64,000 nt of DNA from an uncultured delta proteobacterium (GCA_963771465.1 CAVYTU010000017.1:512001-576000), one strand, 5' to 3'. Numbered from the stretch's first letter, positions 38,972 through 49,351 are shown. Numbers and translations are program-made. The notes: generated from the letters alone by a model not told the origin.

Positions 38972-39960
38972 CGTGATAGCACCCGCTCCAATGGGCCGTT
39001 GTCGCGAAACAGTTCTGGCCGTCCGATGAATTCCTTCGGGATCGGTCTGCGACTGGCGAGATCTTTCATCACGGTTTCGATGCCTTTATCCGGTACATAC
39101 GGCGCAGGCCTGAACAATTTGGCGTAGGAGTCGATGGTTTTCTTGATCAAGTAGGGGTCATTTTCTCGCAACCACTTGGCGAAAGTTTTTTCGGCGAAGT
39201 TCTGATCTTTCTTAATCAGTTGGATCGCCGCGACGTAGGCGCGGAGAAAGTCGTCGACTAACTTTGGTTCCGCTTTTACATAAGCTCGGCTGCTGGTAAC
39301 GCAGGACGAGGGGTAAATCAAATCCGTCGTGCTCAACTCGACCAACACCGGCCAGCCCTTTTTCAAGAACGGAATCGCGTAACGGCTGGAGAGCGACGCC
39401 ACCGAGATACGATTGGATTCCAATGCCGACGCGGCTTCGCTGCCGGTGCCGAGCTGGAGTATCGTCACGTCTTTTTCCGGATCGATGCCGACTTGGCGCA
39501 GCGCCGCGCGCAGATAGAAATGCGTCGTCGAGCCAAGCCGCGTCACCGCGGTGAATTTGCCCTTCAGGTCGGCGGGCGATTTGATCTCCGGGCGCGTGAT
39601 CAAGTAGACCGGTTCGGAATTTATCGGGCAGGCGAGCAGGACAATATCGCCGCCTTCGACACGCGCGGCAACGACCGACTCGGCGCCGGCCCCGGAAAAT
39701 TGCAACTGACCGCTCATGATGCCCATGGTGATCAGCGGGCCGCCGCGGATCTGCACCGGCTCGACGTTCAAGCCGTTCTTGACGAACAGCCCGGCGTCCT
39801 TGGCAACCCAAATCGGCAAGTGCGCGGTCGAAGTCGACGTGCCGTAGTGGATGCGGCGCAGCTCCTGGGCGGTGGCTGCGGCAGAGTATAGGACCGATAG
39901 GACCGATAGGACCAATAGGACATTGACTCTGCGCAGACGCAGAGAAAACGTTTTACGCAT
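38968..39960 (-). CDS. ABC substrate-binding protein (NMT1/SsuA-like), paralog 1
   Basis: Same motifs; ATG 39960 (MRKTFS). Confidence 0.9.
   Translation of the reverse strand: MRKTFSLRLRRVNVLLVLSVLSVLYSAAATAQELRRIHYGTSTSTAHLPIWVAKDAGLFVKNGLNVEPVQIRGGPLITMGIMSGQLQFSGAGAESVVAARVEGGDIVLLACPINSEPVYLITRPEIKSPADLKGKFTAVTRLGSTTHFYLRAALRQVGIDPEKDVTILQLGTGSEAASALESNRISVASLSSRYAIPFLKKGWPVLVELSTTDLIYPSSCVTSSRAYVKAEPKLVDDFLRAYVAAIQLIKKDQNFAEKTFAKWLRENDPYLIKKTIDSYAKLFRPAPYVPDKGIETVMKDLASRRPIPKEFIGRPELFRDNGPLERVLSR
39888..39921. repeat. 9-bp tandem repeat (ATAGGACCR, about 3.8 copies) inside a signal-peptide coding region
   Basis: ataggaccg ataggaccg ataggacca ataggac encodes VLLVLSVLSVL. Confidence 0.85.
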
Positions 39961-39970
39961 GGCTTGGCGT

Positions 39971-40441
39971 TCACTTGGCAAAATATTTCGCTTCCGCTGC
40001 CGCTTGATCAAACGGCACGAACTGGTTAGTGCCAGGACCGCGGATTTCTGGTTTTTCGCCGTCGTCGAACAAGGCATTGGCGTTATCGCCGGCGCGGCCA
40101 CCGATCAGGCCCGGAGCGTGGGCTTCGGCGACGGTGGCGTCTTTGTCGGAACGATTAAATGCCCAGTGTACCGTGTTCGCCGGGATGCGATGAAAGTCGC
40201 CTGTTTTGCAAAGATAGCCTTTGTCCCGGACGAAGAACCAAATCTCGCCTTCCATCACGTAATTGATTTGCTCGGACTCATGTTGGTGCGGCTTGGTGTG
40301 ATAGCCAGGCCGGCGCGTCGCGATCATCAGACTACACTCATTGCCGTAGCCCTTTTTGACCACCATCTGGCCGGTGCCGGCTTCACCGGATTGATCGCGT
40401 TGGTATTCCTTCATCTCGCCGTGCTTTGCATGTAGTGACAT
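39971..40441 (-). CDS. Cupin domain protein
   Basis: PHQHESEQINY...IPANTVHW; GGAGG RBS before ATG 40441. Confidence 0.9.
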   Translation of the reverse strand: MSLHAKHGEMKEYQRDQSGEAGTGQMVVKKGYGNECSLMIATRRPGYHTKPHQHESEQINYVMEGEIWFFVRDKGYLCKTGDFHRIPANTVHWAFNRSDKDATVAEAHAPGLIGGRAGDNANALFDDGEKPEIRGPGTNQFVPFDQAAAEAKYFAK

Positions 40442-40582
40442 GATTGCTTGTCCTCCTAGCCAAATTCTGAAGCTGCTGAAGTGGTACGATAAGTCTGGTG
40501 AGGCGTCAAGGGTCATTTCGGCGCTGCTGAATTGTTCCGTTGACTTGGCGCGCCGACGGCAGTAAACCCTGGCGGAGGGGTT

Positions 40583-41557
40583 ATGCCAGCCAATTGGATT
40601 CTTGCCACCGTTCTCATTCTCGCACTACCCCAGTATGCGTTGGCGCAGAAACTTTTGCTCGCTCATGTCGCCATCAATCCCGGCCAGGGCATGCTGCATC
40701 TGGCCAAGGACTCCGGCATCTTGGCCAAGTATGGCTTTAGCGCGGAAGTCGTCTTGATTCCGGGCACGCCGCGGACGATTCAAGCGCTGATCGCCGGCGA
40801 TCTCGATTACGTCACCGCCGGTGCGCCGGCGTCGCTCAGGGCGCGCGCTCAGGGTGCCGACGTGACGATTCTTTCGACTCTGTCCAATTATTCATCCCAG
40901 CGCGTCTTCGTCAGACCGGATTCGACGTTGAGCAGCTTCAAAGATTTAAAAGGCAAAATTATCGGCGTGACGCAGTATGGCTCGGGCGGCGATACGTTTC
41001 TGCGCGCCGCGCTGCGCAAGTCGGGCATCAAGGATCCCGAAGTGACGATTCTTCAAATGGGCGGCACGCCGGGCGTCGCCCAAGGTCTGGAGTCGGGACG
41101 CATCGAGGTCGGCGTTCTCGGCGACTCGGGCATGCTGCTGGTTTTTCGCGGTCGGGCCAAGCCGCTCAAAGGCGCGAGCGCGCGGGAAATGGGATTTCGC
41201 GGTACCGACGCTCCGCTGACGACGACGGATCGAAAGATCAAAGGCGATCGTGCGAGCGTGATTCGTTTTATGCAGGCCTATCTGGAAACAGTTTACTATT
41301 TCCACACTAACAAGACCGGCACGGCGCGCATCTTGAAAAAATATATGGGCGGCACCAGCGAGGAGCATATTTCGCTTTGGTGCGATGAGCTGCGCGCCAA
41401 TCTCAAACCGGTACCCTACGCCGATGAAGAGGCGCTGCGCGCGGAGATCGAGATGATGAACGTGCCGGGGCTGCAAATCCCGCCGGGCTATATCAACAAC
41501 AGTATCCTCGACGAGCTCAAGAAGACTGGTTTTATCGATAAACTTTACAAACAATAA
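40583..41557 (+). CDS. ABC substrate-binding protein (NMT1/SsuA-like)
   Basis: Signal peptide; QALIAGDLD and DLKGKIIGVTQYGS motifs. Confidence 0.9.
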   Translation: MPANWILATVLILALPQYALAQKLLLAHVAINPGQGMLHLAKDSGILAKYGFSAEVVLIPGTPRTIQALIAGDLDYVTAGAPASLRARAQGADVTILSTLSNYSSQRVFVRPDSTLSSFKDLKGKIIGVTQYGSGGDTFLRAALRKSGIKDPEVTILQMGGTPGVAQGLESGRIEVGVLGDSGMLLVFRGRAKPLKGASAREMGFRGTDAPLTTTDRKIKGDRASVIRFMQAYLETVYYFHTNKTGTARILKKYMGGTSEEHISLWCDELRANLKPVPYADEEALRAEIEMMNVPGLQIPPGYINNSILDELKKTGFIDKLYKQ

Positions 41558-41571
41558 AGGGGGAACGAATC

Positions 41572-41937
41572 ATGGCGAAGATCAGGCATATCGCGATCAA
41601 AGTTGAAGATCAGGAGAAGACCGCCGAATTTTACAAGAAAACTTTCGGCATGACCGAAGCATGGCGCGGGCCGGTGCGCGACGACGGCAATCGGGCGATC
41701 TATCTCACCGACGGTTACATCAACATGGCGGTCTTGCCGGCGCGCGGCGGACGCGAAGGCATCGATCACTTCGGCTTCCAAGTTGAAAACATGGACGAGA
41801 CGCTCAATGTGGCGCAGGCCTCCGGCGCAAAAGCCGGCGCGGAGAAAAAACCGAAAGACGGCCGCTTCGCAGAAATGGGCGTGCACGATCCGGTCGGCCA
41901 ACTCGTCGATGTCACGGTGCATGGTTGGAAAGCGTAA
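41572..41937 (+). CDS. VOC family protein
   Basis: KIRHIAI, YLTDGYIN, GIDHFGFQV and DPVG motifs. Confidence 0.9.
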   Translation: MAKIRHIAIKVEDQEKTAEFYKKTFGMTEAWRGPVRDDGNRAIYLTDGYINMAVLPARGGREGIDHFGFQVENMDETLNVAQASGAKAGAEKKPKDGRFAEMGVHDPVGQLVDVTVHGWKA

Positions 41938-41949
41938 GGGATATATTCA

Positions 41950-41988
41950 ACCAAGCTTTTGCTCGCCCATGGCGGGATCGGTAATTAG
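41950..41988 (+). pseudogene. Short vestigial fragment of a solute-binding protein gene (TKLLLAHGGIGN*)
   Basis: 30 of 36 nt identical to 42318-42353 of the downstream SBP gene (TKLLLAHGAISN). Confidence 0.6.
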
Positions 41989-42239
41989 CTGTCCCATCCG
42001 CGCTTACACAGCGCTTGCCACGGCTCACGATGTTGATATTTTGCCGGCATCGGATTGCCGAGTGAGAATGCACTACCTTAATGGCAAGCTTCAAAACTAA
42101 GCCGAATTATGCAGCCAAGGCCGGGCGCGGCTTGATTGTCGGCGCGCCCAGGTCGGCTGCTATGGACAATTTACACACGGATAAGTTTATTTGACTGATG
42201 CGAGGGTCGCGAGAAGTCCTGTAGTCGTTCAGGAGGAAT

Positions 42240-43235
42240 ATGAAAGTTCCTGCCATCGTAGGCGCGGCTGTTATTTATATTTTGACGGCGCTGGTTTTGC
42301 CGCTCGGCGCCGCCGATACCAAGCTCCTGCTCGCCCACGGCGCGATCAGTAACAACGTCGCGCCTTGGTGGATCGCCAAGGAGCAGGGGATTTTTAAGAA
42401 GTATGGGATCGACGCTGACCTGGTGTTCATCATCGCCGGGCGAGCGATGCAGGCGATGTTGGCCGGGCAAGTTTTGGTTGGAATGGTTGGCGGCACCCAT
42501 GTGACCAACGCCAACACGGGCGGCGGCGATTTCGCGATGATCCTCGGCGTGGAAAACAAGCTCGATTATATCTTCGTTGCCAAGCCGACAGTGAAGAGCG
42601 GCGAAGATTTGAAGGGCAAGAAAGTAGCGATCGGCACACCGGCCGGCTCAGCTTCGATGGCGACCTATGTGGCCCTCGATCATCTCGGTCTGGTGCCGCG
42701 CCGCGATAATATCGTACTGCTCGGCATCGGTGGCGTGCCGGAGCGGATGGGCGCGCTGCGCGCCGGCAGCGTCGAGGCGACCAGTCTATCGCCGGAAATC
42801 GGACAAGTCGTCGTCAGCGAAGGTTATCGAGTCTTGGTCGACTTGGGCAAAGAGAGCGTGCCGTTTCAGTCCTCCGGTGTTGTCGTGGCGCGGAGCTTGA
42901 TCAAAACCAATCCACAGCTGGTCGAGAGCATCGCTAGGGCAACGGCCGAAGGCGTCGCGTTCGTTCATAAGCCGGCAAACAAAGAGATCGTCGTGCGCAG
43001 TCTCGGCCGCAACCTTCGCTTAGCGCCCGACCGCGCAGAGAATGCCTATCACGGTTTGATCGCGGCTTTGCCGCGCCGGCCTTGCCCCTCAATGGAAGGC
43101 GTGGCGTCGATGTTGAAATTAATGGCGCAGCACGGTCTCAATGCCAAAGCGGCGCAGGTTAAAGCGGAGGAATTGGTCGACATGAGTTACTGCAAGCGGT
43201 TTGAGGATAGCGGCTTCTTCAAGAGTCTGTACTGA
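42240..43235 (+). CDS. ABC substrate-binding protein (NMT1/SsuA-like)
   Basis: Signal peptide; PWWIAKEQGIFKKYG and DLKGKKVAIG motifs. Confidence 0.9.
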   Translation: MKVPAIVGAAVIYILTALVLPLGAADTKLLLAHGAISNNVAPWWIAKEQGIFKKYGIDADLVFIIAGRAMQAMLAGQVLVGMVGGTHVTNANTGGGDFAMILGVENKLDYIFVAKPTVKSGEDLKGKKVAIGTPAGSASMATYVALDHLGLVPRRDNIVLLGIGGVPERMGALRAGSVEATSLSPEIGQVVVSEGYRVLVDLGKESVPFQSSGVVVARSLIKTNPQLVESIARATAEGVAFVHKPANKEIVVRSLGRNLRLAPDRAENAYHGLIAALPRRPCPSMEGVASMLKLMAQHGLNAKAAQVKAEELVDMSYCKRFEDSGFFKSLY

Positions 43236-43261
43236 AGCGAAAAACATGGAGTGATGGATCG

Positions 43262-44290
43262 TTGCTGAAGTCGATAAAAAAATCTCGCTTGGTTTGGTTT
43301 TTAGTTCTTACGGCGCTAGCTGTTACCGTTGGTCCGGTAAGCGCCCAGCAACTCGAGACTCTGAACGTCTCTTATGCTTCGGTCACCGGTAGCCGGATTC
43401 CGCTTTGGATCGCTAAGGACGCCGGTTTGTTCGAGAAGTATGGGCTCAACGTCAATCTCGTCGTCATCGCCGCGGGTAATGCCGCCATCGGCGCGTTGGC
43501 AAGCGGCGATGTGGAAATTCTCGGCGCGCCGGGCGCAACGACGATGGTTTCCGCCGCCAAAGGATTGCCGTTGGCGATCATCGGCACGTTTGGGCCGGCG
43601 GCTTGGAAGCTGGCGGCGCATCCGTCGATTACGTCAGCCCAGGATTTGCGCGGCAAGACCGTTGGCATCAGCAGACCGGGCACGACCATCGATTTTGCCA
43701 CCAAGCGTGCGCTGCAGAAGCTCGGCTACACGCCGGGCAGCGACGTCAGCATTCTCGCCACCGGTCTGGCGGAATCGAACAAGCGCATCGCGGTGATGTT
43801 GCAAGGCAGATTCGACGCCACACTGGTGAGCCCGGACAATCTTTTCGAAGCCGAGGCGCGGGGCTGGAAATTGTCGATTATCGCCGACCTGAAGGAGTTG
43901 GGCATTATCACCAGCGCCAGCGACCTATCCGCGAAGCGCGAGTTCTTGAAGAATCAGCGCCAGAAGGCGCGGGCATTCATGATGGCGTACTGCGAAGGCA
44001 TCTGGTACGGCAAGGCGAATCGGAATGCGGCGCTGGCAAGCTTTCGCAAGCACATGCGTGAGACCGACGCACGCCGTCTGGAAGCGCTCCATAAAAATTA
44101 CATTGTTGACTTTCTACCGCTGAAACCATTTCCCATGGAAGAGGTGATCCAAGCTGATATCGATAATCTGACACCGACTACGCCTGAGTTTCGCGGCAAG
44201 AGAGTCGCGGACTTCATCGACAAGTCGATTCTTCTAGACCTGGAGCGCGAAGGCTTTTTCACTCAGCTCGCGAGTAAGTACGGCAAGTAG
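43262..44290 (+). CDS. ABC substrate-binding protein (NMT1/SsuA-like)
   Basis: Signal peptide; PLWIAKDAGLFEKYG and DLRGKTVGISRPG motifs. Confidence 0.9.
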   Translation: MLKSIKKSRLVWFLVLTALAVTVGPVSAQQLETLNVSYASVTGSRIPLWIAKDAGLFEKYGLNVNLVVIAAGNAAIGALASGDVEILGAPGATTMVSAAKGLPLAIIGTFGPAAWKLAAHPSITSAQDLRGKTVGISRPGTTIDFATKRALQKLGYTPGSDVSILATGLAESNKRIAVMLQGRFDATLVSPDNLFEAEARGWKLSIIADLKELGIITSASDLSAKREFLKNQRQKARAFMMAYCEGIWYGKANRNAALASFRKHMRETDARRLEALHKNYIVDFLPLKPFPMEEVIQADIDNLTPTTPEFRGKRVADFIDKSILLDLEREGFFTQLASKYGK

Positions 44291-44398
44291 CGGCGGGATC
44301 GGAAGGTAAGAGTAGGAGTTGGGGAAAGCCCGCTCAACGCACCGCGCTATAATCGAAGTGCGAATGAGATTGTCGCTGTTGGTGACCGGCCGCATCCT

Positions 44399-46132
44399 TC
44401 ATCGAATGAGGGTGACCAGGGAGTAGTCGTCGAATTCCGCCAATGTGTTGGTGACAACGTTGTGCGTGTCCCTTAGCTGCTTGAGACTCCTTGTTTTGAC
44501 GATAATTTTGAGCGGCTGACCGGCTTGTCGTGTCGCTTGGGCGAACTCCGCAAAAGTAAATAGTACCTGGCCATAACCAGCAACCGGCGGCGGTTGCTTT
44601 TGCGCGATGTAGATATTGTCCATGATAATCTTCTTGGTCCCTGACCAGACTATCCAAATCGGCTGTTCAATGCGTAGATAAAACGGTATGCCGGTGAGGT
44701 AGTCTTCATAGTCGACGATCCGGTCGCCGGGACTGAGGAACTGCGCAAAATGGCTGGCCATCGGCTTGGCGCTGCGGTCATTGGAGAATTGAGCCATCAT
44801 CTGCACCATCGACATCAAGTACACAAATACCGCGGCGCCGTAGCAGCCGAAGATAAAACCCGCTTGGCGCCACCGGCCGCGCTCCCGGCCAAAAAAAAAT
44901 ATCGCGATGATGATCGCGCTCAATATCCCAGCCGGCCAGACAATCGTGGCCACGGCGTCCATGCCGTTCCGAATCGAGTGCGGTAGCGCGTCGCGCCAAA
45001 GGATTCCGACCATGAGATAGCCGATGGCGCCGAAGTTAACCAAGAGCGGCAGGCTGAGCTGCCATCTGGCGGCGCCATCCGAGTCGTGCACGATCTCTCG
45101 AAGTTGGCGTGCAGCGAGGATTGCCAGCGGCGGAAATATCGGCAGCACATAGTGCGGCAGCTTGGAACTCGACAGGGAGAAAAAAAACACCGGCAAAACG
45201 ATCCAAAGCAGCAAAAAAAGATCGTCCTCGGCGATGCTCTTTTTCCAACGGGCAGCAACGAAGGCAGGGATGAATACGCTCCACGGCAAGAAACCGACGG
45301 TGACGACCAAGAAGAAATAATACCAGGGTTGACTGCGATGAAAGTAGGGCGTGAAAAAACGCAGGAAATTTTCCTCCCACAGAAAGTAGCGCAGATAACC
45401 GGGATTCCTGAACTCCGCCCAGAAATAAACCGGGACAACGATGGCGCAAAATACGAACACGCCCAGGATGAGGTGAATCTCGCCGAGGAGACGCCATTTC
45501 CGGGAGAACAGCAAATAACAAAAGATCACCATGCCGGGGATGGCGATGCCGATGGGCCCCTTCACTAGTGTGGCCACAGCGATCGCCGCATACATGATCA
45601 GACAACGGCAGAGCCGGGCGCGCGAATTCTCGGTCGTTGCCACGCGGTAGAACTCAAACAAGGCGATGGTCGTGAATAGCGTTAACGTCATGTCGAAGAT
45701 GACGATGCGGGCGTAGATAAAAAACTGCAACGAAGTGGCGAGAATCAAGACACTAGCGAAACTCTCCCATTGACTCCAGTGGGCGCGCACAAAGCGGAAG
45801 AGAATAAATAAGCATCCGAGCGCCGCCAACGCTGACGGTAAACGAGCCGACCATTCCGAGATGCCGAAAAGCTTGTACGAGATCGCAATTAACCAGTAAA
45901 AGAATATCGGTTTGTCGAGGGCGGGTAGAAAGTTCTCATGGGGGATCGCCCAATTGCCGAGCAGTAGAATTTCTCTGGCGCGCTCGGCATTGCGCCCTTC
46001 ATCGGGTTCGAATAGCGCTGTGGCGCCCAAATTGACGAAGAATAACAAACAGCAACCGACAGCGAGCAGCCAAGTCAAGCGTCGGTCCGTTATCAACGAA
46101 TTCGCGTTAGGCGTCTGAGTAGCGTGCTTCAA
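44399..46132 (-). CDS. ArnT-like GT-C membrane glycosyltransferase (GT39/GT83)
   Basis: PDEGRNAE, DKPIFFYW, ARLPSA, KGPIG and SKLPHYVLP motifs; many TMs. Confidence 0.92.
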   Translation of the reverse strand: MKHATQTPNANSLITDRRLTWLLAVGCCLLFFVNLGATALFEPDEGRNAERAREILLLGNWAIPHENFLPALDKPIFFYWLIAISYKLFGISEWSARLPSALAALGCLFILFRFVRAHWSQWESFASVLILATSLQFFIYARIVIFDMTLTLFTTIALFEFYRVATTENSRARLCRCLIMYAAIAVATLVKGPIGIAIPGMVIFCYLLFSRKWRLLGEIHLILGVFVFCAIVVPVYFWAEFRNPGYLRYFLWEENFLRFFTPYFHRSQPWYYFFLVVTVGFLPWSVFIPAFVAARWKKSIAEDDLFLLLWIVLPVFFFSLSSSKLPHYVLPIFPPLAILAARQLREIVHDSDGAARWQLSLPLLVNFGAIGYLMVGILWRDALPHSIRNGMDAVATIVWPAGILSAIIIAIFFFGRERGRWRQAGFIFGCYGAAVFVYLMSMVQMMAQFSNDRSAKPMASHFAQFLSPGDRIVDYEDYLTGIPFYLRIEQPIWIVWSGTKKIIMDNIYIAQKQPPPVAGYGQVLFTFAEFAQATRQAGQPLKIIVKTRSLKQLRDTHNVVTNTLAEFDDYSLVTLIR

Positions 46133-46382
46133 AGTGAAAAGTCTGGAAGGGCCTGAAATGAATCGTGCTCGGCGAAATGAGTAAACCGACTATAGCGGTA
46201 ATCACCGGGTGTGGCTAGTCACCGTGGGCAATTTTTCCGCCGGTATCGCTGCCCTGAGTCATTGTTGAACTGCCGTTTTGATTCAAGCCGATTGTTCGAA
46301 GGAGCGAGATGTTGGTTGAAAAGGCCAGCTTGATCGGATAATTGATTCTGATTGTTTAGCCGAAAGAGGAGAGTTTTACTGT

Positions 46383-47993
46383 ATGCCGTATATGGATTTG
46401 CATCAGCACCTCAAGAATCTCGAGGCGCACGGCCTGTTACGAAGGATCACCAGGCTGATTAACAAGGACACAGAACTCCATCCGTTAGTTCGTTGGCAGT
46501 ATCGTGGATTGGCGGAAGAGGATCGCCGGGCGTGGTTATTTGAAAACGTCACCGACGCCAAGGGGCGCAAGTACGATATGCCGGTGGTCGTCGGCGCCTT
46601 GGCGGGGAAGCCGGAGATCTACTATCTCGGCATGGGCTGCAACAGCGGCGAGGAGATGGACGCGCTTTGGAAAAAGGCATTGGCGGAACCTATAAATCCA
46701 GTCACGGTGACCCAAGCGAAATGCCAGGATGTGGTGATTCAAGGCGCCGAATTGGACAAGGAAGGCAACGCTTTGGACCGCTTCCCAGTGCCGATCTCGA
46801 CGCCGGGTTTTGACAACGGGCCGTACACGACTTGCTCGCACTGGATCACCGCGGATCTCGACACCGGGATTCAAAATATCGGCAACTACCGCGGTGAGAT
46901 CAAAGCCGGCCGGCGCGTCGGCGTGTTTCCTTCGGGATTAGGTCAAGACATCTACATCCATTGGCAGAAGGCGGTGCAGAAGGGCGTGCATTTGCCCGCT
47001 GCGCTCGTGATCGGCGCACCGCCGATCGTGTCCTATGTTTCGGTGCAAAAGATTCCTTACGGCGTCGATGAGATGGGTGTGGCCGGCGGCCTCGCTGGCG
47101 AGCCGATCCCAATGGTCAAGTGCAAGACTCACGACATCATGGTGCCGGCCGACGCCGAGATCGTCATCGAGGGCTATTTGAATACCGAGTATATCGAGCC
47201 CGAAGGTCCGTTCGGCGAGTCGCATGGCTATATGCATCCGCGCCAGCTCAATCCATTCATGGACGTGACCGCGATCACGCACCGCAAAGACGCGATCTAT
47301 ACTTCGTGGCTGAGCCAATTGACACCGAGCGAGTCCTCGGTCATTCGAAAGATCGGCTACGACCGCTTGATGCTCGTCCATCTGCGCGATGAATGCCGCA
47401 TTACATCGGTATTGCGCGTGGAAATGCATGAGCCGCTGACCAACACTTATAAATTAGTCATCATTCAGATGCGCCGGCCCAACGAAGCCGAAGTGTGGCG
47501 CGCACTGCACGCCGCCTGCTCGTTTCATCCCGGCGTCGGCAAGATCGTCGTCGCGGTCGATGAGGACATCGACCCGTCCAACGAAGCCGCGGTCTTCTGG
47601 GCCATGTGTTACCGCATGAAGCCGCATAAGGATGTCCATATCGTTCCCGGCATGGAAAAGGGCCATGCTCCACCGTTTCTTTACGAGCATGAAGTCAAGG
47701 GCACCGACGTGGTGTCATACCATTTGCCGGCAGATGAATCGGCGATGCTTTGCAACGCGATCTTGAAAGAACCGTTCCCGCCGGTGTCGCTGCCCAAGCG
47801 CGAGTACATGGAGAACGCGCGCAAAATTTGGGAGGAATTAGAGTTGCCTAAGCTTCGTCCGCAGATGCCGTGGTTCGGCTACTCGCTCGGCCAGTGGAGC
47901 GACGAACTCGATCAAGAAGCCGAGCTCGCTGTCCAAGGCCGCCACTTCGAAACCGGCGAAAAATTAAAAAAAGGACGAGTTAAAGTCAGATAG
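46383..47993 (+). CDS. UbiD family (prFMN-dependent) decarboxylase
   Basis: NIGNYR, VPADAEIVIEG, EGPFGE and VVAVDEDID motifs. Confidence 0.93.
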   Translation: MPYMDLHQHLKNLEAHGLLRRITRLINKDTELHPLVRWQYRGLAEEDRRAWLFENVTDAKGRKYDMPVVVGALAGKPEIYYLGMGCNSGEEMDALWKKALAEPINPVTVTQAKCQDVVIQGAELDKEGNALDRFPVPISTPGFDNGPYTTCSHWITADLDTGIQNIGNYRGEIKAGRRVGVFPSGLGQDIYIHWQKAVQKGVHLPAALVIGAPPIVSYVSVQKIPYGVDEMGVAGGLAGEPIPMVKCKTHDIMVPADAEIVIEGYLNTEYIEPEGPFGESHGYMHPRQLNPFMDVTAITHRKDAIYTSWLSQLTPSESSVIRKIGYDRLMLVHLRDECRITSVLRVEMHEPLTNTYKLVIIQMRRPNEAEVWRALHAACSFHPGVGKIVVAVDEDIDPSNEAAVFWAMCYRMKPHKDVHIVPGMEKGHAPPFLYEHEVKGTDVVSYHLPADESAMLCNAILKEPFPPVSLPKREYMENARKIWEELELPKLRPQMPWFGYSLGQWSDELDQEAELAVQGRHFETGEKLKKGRVKVR

Positions 47994-48034
47994 TTTGAGA
48001 TCATAGATTGTTGAACGTCTTCTAGCTCGGAGAG

Positions 48035-49288
48035 TTACGACCGATAGCGCCATAGCTGTGGGATGGCGAGGCAGATGGCGAGAATCATCAAAAAACACAG
48101 GCCGCTGCCGAAGAGCAATGCGTTCGGCGCGCCCAGGTGTTGGGCGGCTATGCCGGCGAGCAGCGCGCCCAAACCATTGGTTGTTTGAGCGAACACGGTG
48201 ATCAAGCTCGCGGCGCGGCCGAGCATGCCGTCGGGCGCCAAAAGCTGAACCACCGTGCGCCGAATCGCGACGCTGATCGAATCGGCGAATCCCAAAATCG
48301 CCACCGCGACTACCGCCATCGCAAACGTTTCTGAGATTCCCAATAGTGCCAGCGCGCCGGCGAAGAATAGCGCGGCGATGATGACGAGCACGCCTTTGCG
48401 CTTGACGTTGCCGGCCATGAGTAAAGCGAGGGTGCCGAGAAGCGACCCGACGGATGGCGCCGCGTATAACAAGCCGAGGCCGGTGGCGCCGGTCTTGAAT
48501 ACGTCGGCGGCGAAGATCGGCAGGATCGGCCGATAAAAACCGACCAGCACGACGGCGAAATCGAGCAGAAAAAGTGAAAGTATGATGCGCTGAATCCAAA
48601 TGAACTCGATGCCTTCGACGATGCTTCGTAAATTCACCTGGCGGCGCGGACCTTCGATCTTGCCCGATGTGCGTACCGAAAAGATCGCCATCGCTGCGGG
48701 GACAAACAGCAGCGTGCTGGTGAAATAGGCCGTGGCCAGGCCGCCGTGTTCGATCAAGAAGCCGCCGATAGTCGGTCCGATGAGAAAGCTGGTTTGCAGG
48801 ATCGTCGTATTGACCACCATCGCGTTCATTAGCATGGACTGCGGCACCAGGCGCGGAATCAGCGCCGCGCGCGCCGGCCAATTAAAAACTTCGACAAACG
48901 AGCCGAGCAAACCGAGGGCGTAGATATGCCACACCTGGATGGCGCCGGTTACGGTGAGGAACCCAAGACAGAGGTTCGGCACCAATTGCAGCAGGATGCT
49001 CGCCACCAGTAGTTTCTTGCGATCGAAGGCGTCGGCCACGGCGCCGGCATAAAGACCGAAGATGATGAACGGCAAGGTCTCGAGAAAACCGGTGAGCCCG
49101 AGATTAAATGCCGAGCCGGAGATGTCGTAGACCTGGTACAGTGTTGAAACGTTGCGAATCTGCCCGGCGAGGGAACTCAATAAACTGGCGATCCAAAGCA
49201 ATCGATAGTCGCGGATCAGCAGCGCCGACCAAGGCCGGACGGGTTTTTCGGGATCCGAGCTGGAATTTATTTCAGCGGAATTTGCCAA
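48035..49288 (-). CDS. MFS transporter (EntS-like)
   Basis: RDYRLLW and GAVADAFDRKK motifs; about 12 TMs. Confidence 0.9.
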   Translation of the reverse strand: MANSAEINSSSDPEKPVRPWSALLIRDYRLLWIASLLSSLAGQIRNVSTLYQVYDISGSAFNLGLTGFLETLPFIIFGLYAGAVADAFDRKKLLVASILLQLVPNLCLGFLTVTGAIQVWHIYALGLLGSFVEVFNWPARAALIPRLVPQSMLMNAMVVNTTILQTSFLIGPTIGGFLIEHGGLATAYFTSTLLFVPAAMAIFSVRTSGKIEGPRRQVNLRSIVEGIEFIWIQRIILSLFLLDFAVVLVGFYRPILPIFAADVFKTGATGLGLLYAAPSVGSLLGTLALLMAGNVKRKGVLVIIAALFFAGALALLGISETFAMAVVAVAILGFADSISVAIRRTVVQLLAPDGMLGRAASLITVFAQTTNGLGALLAGIAAQHLGAPNALLFGSGLCFLMILAICLAIPQLWRYRS

Positions 49289-49351
49289 CGAGATGAAAAT
49301 GGGTGCGGAAGATTAGCGCTACTATAACGCGTGGAATAATGAAAAGCGACA

